A DNA stretch of 64,000 bases from Moniliella sp. 'wahieum' (taxonomy: Eukaryota), in the NCBI GenBank assembly GCA_003971905.1, contig RSEE01000084.1:1-64000 (forward strand), given 5' to 3'. A program made the position numbers and the translations under genes. The notes below the pieces were generated by a model. The model did not search any database and was not told the origin of the DNA. It saw only the letters and a list, made by a program, of their open reading frames with translations. Positions within the stretch are counted from its first letter, which is position 1; each line of letters begins with the position of its first letter. Of the stretch, positions 54,091 to 64,000 are shown in pieces.

Positions 54091-56439
54091 TAGCCCCTCT
54101 CTGCCCCCTCTGCCGCGGAGAGGAGAAGCAGGAGATTGTGACATAGATTGGACTTTGAGTGTAACTGCAAAACAGTGAGACAAGCACCGAGTCTTCTGAG
54201 TGTTTTGGTCATTGCGAAAGCGGAAACCGCTACCGCGAATTTCCCACCAAAAAGGATAACAATAAATCCTGTGTGTCATTGGTTCCAGCTGGGGTAAATA
54301 AGATGACTGCGAGGGAAATAAGCTTTATGCGTCCCTTCATGTTGGTCACCATTCTCCACGATGTGAAGGCAGCGCATTGGCTAATGAAGCGGGCTGTGTT
54401 CATGCCATGGCGATTGGACGCGGCACCATCGCGGTATTGGAGATTTGCAACCTCTTCACCTGAACTTATTGAGCGCTATTCAGCTTCCTCACTATAGTGC
54501 CCTATGGGAATTTGGAGAGGGAAGTCACTATAGATCTCCACATAGGTCTGATCATCGATCTGACTCCTCTTGACAAAGGAGCTCCGAGATCCCGTGTAAA
54601 ATGTTGTGACATATACAAAAAGCATTTTTGCCTATACTACTGCATCCATATCATTGACAGAGCTTAAGGCTGGGACAGGGAAACGCTACGCCTAAACCGA
54701 CCCGTTCATCTTGCGTGCGTTGCTTGGTAGCGCCACCCCTGTTAAGGAACCAGGGGAATCGCCAGGATATCAGGGCCCTCTGGTGCCTGCCATCCGTTCC
54801 CATAACCGAGAGGTAGCCCATGTGGACACGGATGAACGTGGTAGACATCCGAGCGAGGAACCTTTATCCATTGAGAGTCAGTAGTCTAATAGTTTATAGC
54901 GCACTAGTGTCAGATCAGCTCGATCACAGTAACTATATGGAACAGTTGCAACTAATACTGAAAAAATGTGTGCCACACTCAGAGAAGGGCCCCCCAAACA
55001 CTCCCATAATGATGTTGGATGCACTCCATACTATTGTATACATCTGTCTCTTGCACCGTGTGACGGCACAAAATTCTACATCCCCCCTATTTCCCCTACA
55101 CCCCTCTATAGTGACATCTGCATAGCCCTACACCGAGGCCTCTTACTGTACTCCCCACTGCATATTCTCCCGGTGTCGATCCGCTTCCCCGAGCTATAGC
55201 CACATCCTGTCACGGGAGCGCCGAGCCCAATAGCACACCGGAGGCTCCATGAAAGTCGTATAATAAACGGTGCATTTCATCTTCATGTTGTAACCCTGTG
55301 TCACTGTTGATAGACAGAACAAGAGACACCCACCATCAGATCATTATCATGGATATGCGACGTGTCTGTTGTATGTCTATGTATACACGAAGTTTATCGC
55401 TGGTTCAACCTCAATGAAGTTCACCCCCATGTTGGGGTCCTGAGGCTTGATGATGTGGGAGGTCTGGCTGACAATTAAATTGAAGAAAGCTTTTTGATGT
55501 GGTCCAAATTGATCTGACAGATGGTCGCGCAAAAGTGAAGACGTTTCGATTGGGCATCAGGTGGAACAAGAGCCACAAGAGCCTGACCTAGGGGTCCACT
55601 GAAGCAGGAAACGACGGATGAAACCCCCCTGAAGCGTCGTGGGACTCTTTTCTGTCCGATAAATCCCTCCTGCACAACATCGTCCACACTGGGAAGAAAA
55701 TAGTAAAAAGTGTGCTCCGAAAGAAAAATTGAAGAACGGGAGGAATTTTGGTCGACCACACGCTCTGTGAGAGGGTATAAGTGCTAGCGTTCCCCTGCAT
55801 GGACCTCAAGTTAATGGATCGGCGATTCTCGCTTAGCGGGGGGGAGGAGTCGCGATGTCAGAGGCTGAGCACCCCCCGCACGCTCCATCTCCCGTTTCTC
55901 TGTTCCCTGACTTCTTCCCTTCAGATGTTGTATAAGACCCTTGTTATGTCAAAGGCTGTATACTTTTTGGGAGACATGGATAAAGTAGAGGCACGGCTAT
56001 TCCAGAGCACTCCTATGCTCACACAACCTGTGATGAACCCCTGATACGATAGTTTCTGTGCGTTAATATATCTCCTTTGAAGGAAGCAAGAGAAGAGCAT
56101 AATGCGCTGTATTTGTTGTACGATCCTGTTTTTTTTTTGTCCTACTCCATGAACCTAATGGCGACGAAATGATTAATGACGGGAATTTTTATCTTGTTGT
56201 TCATGTGCCCTCCTGGAACGTGTAACTTATACCAGCAAGGGTCGCCCTCTGTTGTGTTCCGAGCACAATCCCATGCACTCGGTAGCATCTCTGTACCGCA
56301 CACCTTTTCCTACTACTAGGACAACTATGTAAATGAGAGCTCCGGGCGTGCTTGCCAGTAAAGCGTAACGCATAAGATGTCAATATTCGATGTACACTCC
56401 ATATCAACAGTAGACCGTACCTCAGACATAGCATGCGTG

Positions 56440-59400
56440 TCCGACAATCGCTTGCTTCACACCGGTCACCGGCCGGTCACCACAGAAGCACGCTTTAATT
56501 GGCACATCACAAATGCATCACAGACCATTTCAAGCTCTTCCCTGGTCACCGGTCACGCGGTCACGCGCACGCGCGATTCACGTCATTAGGTCACAGATAT
56601 CACGGTATGCCCGGATTCACAAAACTGTGCGCCAATTCATGACGAGCGTGACGTTCACAGTGCCCAGGAGCAGGACAGCAGGGCAGTAATAATAGTTGCT
56701 GCTATTTTAACTCCAAGTCCTAATTGATGTTGATGTAACTGGCATCAACGTTATACAATTCTTGAAGCTTCAAGCTTCAGATCCTTCAAGCTTCAGAAGT
56801 CCTAACAAGAGAGCCGCCTCTCTTATGATGCTGATGCATGACGCATGCTTTAGATATCTGAGAGCCCGTCAGCTGTATTAGGCATCCCTCTGACAGGGAG
56901 AGCCACACCCGATCCACTCACTACACATATATCTTTGAGGTGGGGGTCCCACACCATGATGCGCTGCGCCTGTCAGCTATAGCTGCCATGGGCCTGGAGG
57001 GAGCGTAGAACGCGGCCAGTAGATAAATAAAGAAACTATTTTTGGGCAACTTGTATTAGTATTATTATACAGAAGGGATTTTTCATGGGTCAACACAAAA
57101 CGCGTCCAAGTTTTGGCCAACACGTTCCCTGACGTCTATACCCGAGCGTGCACAGCAATCGCGAAGCTTAGTAGCACTTGCACTGTGGAAAAGGTGTATG
57201 CGGTAACCGGTAACCGGTAACCGGTAGTCCGTAACGCGGAACGCATACCGGGAATAATTGCCATAGAGAGAGCTACTCGAATATATACACACAAAGGCTA
57301 CATAAACTGGTGGAGTTTCGGGTATATATGCCTACCTCTGTTGATCGATGAGTATGAGTGGAACGGGCGCTGGCTTGAGCTAATAATCTTGCGGGGATGG
57401 GAGGCACAGGTGGGACCGTGTGTGTGAGCGACTATATAATTAGGGCCTGAGGTGTCCTGGCCGCAGCGCTCTGCGACAGTGTGTGTGTGCGACGGCGCAG
57501 AGTGCTAGTACAGGACGCTGCAAGATGTGACTGGGAGCATGAGCTGAGACATGTGTGGGCCAATAATAAAGGCTTACTAGTTACTAGTTACTAGATACTC
57601 TTCGCTGCCAGTATTAGGCCTTAGGCTTAGGCCTAAGCCTTAGGCTCGCCTTAGCGCCTTAGCTAGCTTCTGAATCGGGCCGACGATCGATATGATCGAT
57701 GACGCGGATGACGATGACCTCGATGACCGGCGACCTCGTCTATGTATGTGTTGAGAGCCGCTCAAAGTCCGCGGACGACCGAAGCATTGGACGGTTGTCG
57801 ATTGCCGATATGGTCTCGGTGGTTTGTAGAGGTTAGTCGTACGTTTGCGCAATGTGCGTCTCCAGCTTTCCTGTAGGGTTATAGAGAGATGCGGACCGAA
57901 ACGAAGCGGACAGCCTCATAGCCCTCGCCCTCAGTCCTCAGTGTCCTCAGTCTGAGGCCTGAGGTACCTCAGTGACTTTTCCTTTAAATTGTGTTGAACG
58001 AGAACACGCCGAGATAACGTACGCCTCTCAGTTGTGTATGCCCCCTGTAGCATTAATGTGTTGGCTGATATGCGGTGTGGGTATATATACTGCGCGGCGG
58101 CATTCGGCACGAGCATTCTGATCTGGCGCCTGAGCCTGAAGCCCCTGAGGCCTGAGGACACTGTTTGTTCTATGTCATACAGTCTCGGAACGATAGGGAG
58201 GGGCCTCGAGGCCCGAGGGCAAAAAGTAGGGTATATAGAGAATGGTCTTTTGCAGCGGACTCTGGATTCCGCGCTTGCAAGAAGGGGGTGTGGGGCCATA
58301 CTCAGTACTCGGCACTCGGGGCTGTATAGGCAGGGCTGCGCAGGGCTACGCGCTATACGTGGGATTCAGATCTCCGATCTCAGATCCTCAGATACATGTT
58401 CCGATCTGAGATCTCAGTCTGAGAGGTATCCATCCCACATTTCAGTCGGGGATTCGACATTCACATTCACCTGTCACATGTCACAGAAGAGAAAAACGAA
58501 AGGTGTCGCAAGCGCGAGTGACTGTGACGCGGTAGATGACGGTGGTGACATGTCTGGTGAGCCCTGAGCTGCTCAGCGCCTGAGCGCGGGAGCGCCCAAA
58601 CGCAGGGGTGACTTGCTTGAAGCTTGACTAGTGACTGGTGACTGGTGACCGAAATTTGATAGGCGTGGGTATGCGGCCAATGCCAACAATCCCGGCCAAT
58701 ATATATACCGGGCCATACCTGGCATTTTTGTTACATGTTACGCACGAAGAGTGCGTGTCTAAGGCCCTGCCTCCCAAACGATAATGGATGATTGGCGCGA
58801 TCATCGTCCCCCGCCTGGGACTGAGGCATCCCTGAGGCCTGATGCGAACACCTGTGTATGGCGCCCGCGAAAGTATCCAATTTTAATGAGACGTATAGAT
58901 GTTGGTATCCAATTACCTCCATCCTGAGGCCTGGTTCAGCCTGGGCTTGAGCGCTTGGACGGCCTGGCATGGGCCTGGGGCTAGGAATTTGTGACGTAAC
59001 AATGTGACAGGCCTCTGCCATCGACTTGTCGAGAACAGTGCCCCTCCGTTCTTCCTATCCATGTCCTAAGTAGAGGAGAGCAAGTATTACACGTTGAACA
59101 CATTGGATGGATCCCCATGTGACAAGGACCAATCACTGAAGTAAACGGAGTGACTAGTGACTAGTGACTCTGTGATTCGAGTCGTGAAGTTAACGTGGTA
59201 CGGTTGGTTCAACTGAGGCTCAGCGTTCAGGGCCTCAGATCCAGAGCCGCTGGCCTCACGCATCACGTTCAACGCTGAGCCTCTCCTCAGCGCTCAGGTG
59301 CTGAACCGGCAGAGGAGCGTTGAACGTGTCGAACGTGACGCGTGTGACGCTGGCAGTGGAAGCTTGAAGAGCTTGAAGCTTGGAGTGACTTAAGACATGT

Positions 59401-59870
59401 GGTTAGCATGAAGTGACTTGTGACTTAGGCGAAGCTGGAAAGCTAGCGACATGTGACATGTGACATGTGACAGGGGATGTGTGAAAGTGACTAGTTGGAT
59501 ATTGATTTTGACTATTCCGGAGGCCTGATGCGTGATGATCAATGTCCGTCACATGACCATTGGTTACTAGTGGCAAGGGAAGCAGAGGGCGTATGGCAAT
59601 GCTGGTCGACGATACCATTTGAACGCAAATGCATGATGATCTCGATGATCGTTGTTCGATGAGGTCGATGAGGCCGAGACCGTCAGGCAGGTCTGAGGCC
59701 TGAGAAGGCTGGAAGAGCCATCATGCATCATGCATCATGCGCATGGCTAGTTTGATGTCGATTACTAGCACTGGTTTTGATGTTAATGTTATGCGTTATC
59801 GGCGTCAAGCTTCAAGATCAAGCTTCTAGCTCGATGTAGGCCTAAGGCCTAAGGCCATAGGCCTATGGAC
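56440..59870. repeat. Dense field of short arrays of 7-bp odd palindromes xyTNAy'x'
   Basis: Examples: GGTCACC 56544; CTTGAAG/CTTCAAG 56761; GGTAACC x3 57202; TTACTAG x3 57574; TCTGAGA 58405; AGTGACT x3 59149; TGTGACA x3 59452; CATCATG x3 59719; CCTAAGG x2 59841. Confidence 0.88.
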
Positions 59871-60529
59871 CAATGACCCCGTTGACTAGAATGACCACAT
59901 ATCGCTGATCGAGTGGGGTACGGGACGCATGATGATCGATCTGATCAATGGGCTGTCGATTCTGCTTTCGTCCAACAGGGTTGCATACTTACTTGGTCGC
60001 ATCTGGTTGGATCTGGCCCCTGCATAGTACCCTGCTCCGCCGCCGGCCGAGCAGGTTGGATGGACCCTCTTGAACCCTGCCTCGGCCTGCAGTCGAGCGA
60101 CCCTGGGCAGTCTGCGCAGCACAAATAAACCCTAGAGGGATCCTAGGTCCCCCGCATCAGGTAAAAACATGCCCACAGGTGGACGATATAGCCCGGCCGC
60201 GGCTTCCACTTCCACCTGCCTTCTATCTGCTTCTGCTCGCCCTTCCGCTCTATTTCTCTCCCCCGCCACCACTTCTTAAGCCCGTCGCTTCTTGGTACGC
60301 CTCTTCATTCTCGCGTCCATCCAGCGCCCCTCCCTTCCTCGCCGCACGCCGCAGGCATTGCCTTCACACCTCCATCATCGTCCGCTTCGCCGGTCTCGTC
60401 TGCGCAATCCGACGCCTCGTCACACTCCCAAGGTCACACTCCCCTTCTTCACTTCCAGCCACTGTCTTCACACCAATCCCATCGCTTTTGTGATCGGCAT
60501 CGTCCCCATTTCCTGCCAGCTTATTCACC

Positions 60530-62002
60530 ATGTCCTTCTCAATGACCGACTCTGTGAAGCAAGCACCTCCACCGGTAGGTAACATGGTTCTCTTTGCTAT
60601 CATTTTGTTGTCTGTGTACCAGGTCATTGACCATACCTTCTCTTTCTCATGTTAGAACATGGGCACTGCTGTTCCTTCTCTCCGCTCCACCCCCTCGGCT
60701 ATGCTGGGCGGAAACAATGGCTATCCTGTCCAGCACGGAGGGCAATGTGCCCTCTAACATGCTCGACTCACGCGAACCATTTCTCAGCCTACAAATGTAC
60801 CTGGTAACAAGCCCCCCCCTTCGTTCCGGCCCCCTTCCGCCCGGACATGACTTCAGCAGCGGTACGTTCCATTTTCTCCTGTTTACCTATCACTCGAATG
60901 GAACCAGCATCAACGTTTGACTGACCCCTATGGTTTCAGCAGCAAGGTGGTCGCTTTTCCGAAGACGGTAGTATGCCCCGCAACCTTCCCCCTGGTGGAG
61001 AATGGAGTCCTGTCAGCTCAGGAGGTGGATACAACGGCCTTCCCACCCCCTCTTTCCTCGGTATGGAGGAACCCGCGATGCACTCCCAGCCTCCCGCGCA
61101 GCAACAGCAGGTCCAGCAACACGTTTATCCCAACACATATGGTCACTTTGATTCAAGTTACCCTACTCCTCCCTCGTCTGTGCCCTCGATGCGTCCAGAC
61201 GGCGAGCGGGGCTTCATGCCTCATCCCAACAACCTGTATTCCAATATGGAGGGTCATCAGGGTGAACACTACGGCCTGCTCGACCCCAATGGATCTCCTT
61301 TGATGCCCGGGCGGGCGTGCAGCGTTCAGTCTATCATCCTGGGGCATCGGTCCTACGCACTGACCAACGGGCCATGTCGTTTGCCCCCGACGCACGCTAC
61401 ATGGGCCCTCAAGGCATGCGCAAGGGCCTCCCGACCCCCCTTTCTTCGAGGGAGCCTCGTCGATGGTCCCTGCGCTGCCTATGGCCCAGAAGCGGCCCAA
61501 GGCAAGGATCGATAGCGCCGCCCGCAAGCGTATCTGTCAATTCGCCGAGATCAACCCTGAGATGCGCCAGGCTGACGTTGCAGCCGCGTTCAACGTCGAG
61601 CGCTCGACTGTGAGCAAAATCTTGAAGCAGAAGGCCAAGTGGCTTGCATACCAGCCTGACGATGCAGATGACGAGAGCAAGAATAGCTCCAACGCGGCTC
61701 CGACGCCCAAGGCCACGGCGCGCGTTGCCAAGCCGACCAACAACCATACAGGTCGGAGGCAATCCTCTACCACCGCCCTGTCCCGTGGACCTGCGGTGCT
61801 GCCTTCGCCGCAGACAGCAGTTCGCTCCCCTCTTCCGTCGGGGATAAGTCCGGACATGGCCTACCCCGTAGTGCCCCGCAAAGTGTACCCCCCGGCATAC
61901 CCTTCCCTCCCCGTCCGTCGCAGTACCAACCCCAACACATGTGAACTGCGCCCATCACGCCCGCATGACACTCACGTGAGAAACGTCCTTGTATACGACT
62001 GA
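60530..62002 (+). CDS. Spliced gene for a low-complexity protein with a CENP-B/pogo(Tc5)-type N-terminal HTH DNA-binding domain
   Basis: Kozak-like cACCATG at 60530; introns at ~60575-60655 and ~60862-60939; RIDSAARKRICQFAEINPEMRQADVAAAFNVERSTVSKILKQKAKWL at ~61506-61645; Pro/Gln/Gly-rich flanks; 3' end uncertain. Confidence 0.78.
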
Positions 62003-62739
62003 TGTGTTCTCATGGGCTATTGTATTGCTTGTGCTAACGAGAAAGAGAAGCCAATCGTGCTTCCTCGCTGTTAGCATACCCCCTCCCTTAGTCCTCCCCC
62101 TTCCCTATTCGACGATTTTGACGTATTATGTCCTTATTGCCTGTCAACGGGCCTCGCGCATCCCTTCTTCTTCCAGTTTCTACTATTGCTATGGTCTTAT
62201 CTCTCGCTTCTTATTGACATGATGGATTTATCATCGCATCATTATTGTAGTGCTGATTCTTTGAGGGTGAATTTTGTGTGAGGGGTGGAGGTGTCAAACG
62301 CATGGTGTGGGTTGTTGGTATCCGTTCCACGGCCCCGACATATGGGGGGGTCATCCCCTTCCAGCCATAGAGAGGGAGCAATGAAAGGAAAATTTATCAA
62401 GAGCACAAGACAGTCACTGACTCGTAGGGTCAGCTTCACCGCAGAAAGGGGTTGTGGTAGATACTATTGTATCTCTCATCACGAAACTAGAACACGCTTA
62501 AAATAATATAAGGAGAGGGTTGTGCGTTTCATGCGTCAAGCAAATCCTACACAGGATATATTGACGCAGATCTCGTTGAACTGTGTCGGACCCGATGCCA
62601 TGATTAGTCCTCGAGGGGTATACCAGGGTATACCTTTTCCCCCTTCTAACCCTCGGATGGCTGGCCACAGGCCGCATCCTAATAAAGAAAAAGCTGTGTG
62701 CTGTCTTTAGAACGAAGTGGTGGCCATAGCACAGGCCAT

Positions 62740-63980
62740 AACCCATCATGCATCATGCATCAGTGCCAAAGCGGCAGCACCTCTGTTACTAGTTATGCAT
62801 TCGGTCCGTCGGTGCGCACTGGTCTCGTTTGAATGAGTACTTAGGCCTTAGGTTTTGCGCGCTTAACTCCACAAACCGAGTCCCAAGAATCACTGAAGTA
62901 ACAGCGCGCCGGATAAACGGCTTCGTCCCCGTGTGAATTTCGGCTCTACGCAACCACAAAAAGGGAGCTGGGCGGTGGTTCTTCGAGCGTCAGCACACCA
63001 CTGGTTCTCGTATCTCTCATTCGTAGCACCCGACTCCCACCTTCAGCACCCGACTCCCCAGTACACAGCACATCATCATGCATCACCGGCCTCATCGGTC
63101 ACCCCTGAAGAGGATCCCGGTCTGATCTCGGTCTCAGCGTTGCTCATCTTATCAAGCTTCAAGCTTCAGGCTTGACTTCAAGCTTCAGGTGCTTTAGTGG
63201 AAAGCGCGCACACACAAGCAAACAATATGTGATGAGAAGGCGTCACAAGGGTGTGAACAAAGGGATACAAATGGGAACCACGGTGCTCGTTGCTCAGCGC
63301 GCTTATTATAGCCCGTGTGAGCGCTGAGCGCGCAAAATCAAAAGCTCCGTGCTGCTCAACAGGTGAGTTCAGTTCTCAAAAGCTCTCATTATGCATTACA
63401 TTACCGGCTACCAGTACGCAATCTGAGTACTACTCTCAGACTGAGTACTGAGACTCAGTCCAGTTGAGTTCTCGGAGAAAATATGGAAATTGCCAAACAT
63501 ATGGCCCTGGCAAGAACTGTGGTGACGCATGTGACGTCCGGTGCTTGAATCAAGGACGTGATGCATAGGTGAATCTTGAAGCTTGAAGCTTGAAAACCTG
63601 AGGGGCCTGTGAGGCCTCAGCGTCTCAGCTTGAGGCTTACGGCTGATGGGAAGACTGAAAATGCTTGGATGGTGCAATGCAATGTGTTTGGGAGAGGGGT
63701 GCAAGATGGGATACGGCGCGAACAGTGTGCCTGTGTGATATTTTAACGGCTCTCATGTATCTCTACCATCATGCATCAGTATCTATATCAGTACTCAGTA
63801 CTCAGTACGCAGTAGAGACAAGCAACAAGGGCTATGAAAGTGATTAAAGTGAAAATGATTGCTTTTAGAGGGCCCTGCAAGGGTGAAGCCGGTGAAGCTT
63901 GAACCCTTGAACGTGAACGTTGAACGCGGGTTGAACGTTCGGTTGAGTACGCTGAACGTTGAGCGTATGTTGAACTGGAA
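62740..63980. repeat. Further xyTNAy'x' heptamer arrays
   Basis: CATCATG ~62745; CTTCAAG cluster 63150-63188; CTTGAAG x2-3 63575; ACTCAGT x2-3 63788; GTTGAAC cluster 63893-63975. Confidence 0.85.
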
Positions 63981-64000
63981 TATAGTATGGTGCAGCTGTA

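Noticed and set aside
54100..56400. Possible genes in the lower-GC stretch
   Set aside because: Only short stop-interrupted ORFs with no motif I can recognise; probably old TE debris, but unsupported.
57613..57662. TTAGGC-like run resembling a telomeric repeat
   Set aside because: Mixed orientation; fits the CCTNAGG heptamer-palindrome family better.

Overview
Eukaryotic, GC-rich, intron-poor fungal genomic DNA. It is most consistent with a basidiomycete, possibly Ustilaginomycotina; this is inferred from gene style only. From about 5.6 to 47.9 kb lies a block of conserved housekeeping genes: DNAJC8/Spf31-like J-protein, Zn2Cys6 transcription factor, Leu5-like mitochondrial carrier, PAN2, CUE-domain protein, beta-tubulin, vWA protein, SEC66, PP2A B56/RTS1, a secreted conserved hypothetical protein, SMC3, DRS2 flippase, and two intron-containing tRNAs. 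Nearly every CDS is broken by single-base frameshifts, which looks like an unpolished long-read consensus rather than biology. Regions 1-5 kb, 13.6-19.9 kb and 48-56 kb hold decayed transposons (Ty3/Gypsy chromovirus copies, LINE fragments, probable DNA-transposon relics). From 56 to 64 kb is a gene-poor region around one spliced gene with a lone CENP-B/pogo-type HTH. The most unusual signal is a dense family of short tandem arrays whose 7-bp units differ in sequence but share one grammar, the odd palindrome xyTNAy'x'. They saturate 56-64 kb and recur in several promoters. Coordinates of frameshifted genes are approximate.
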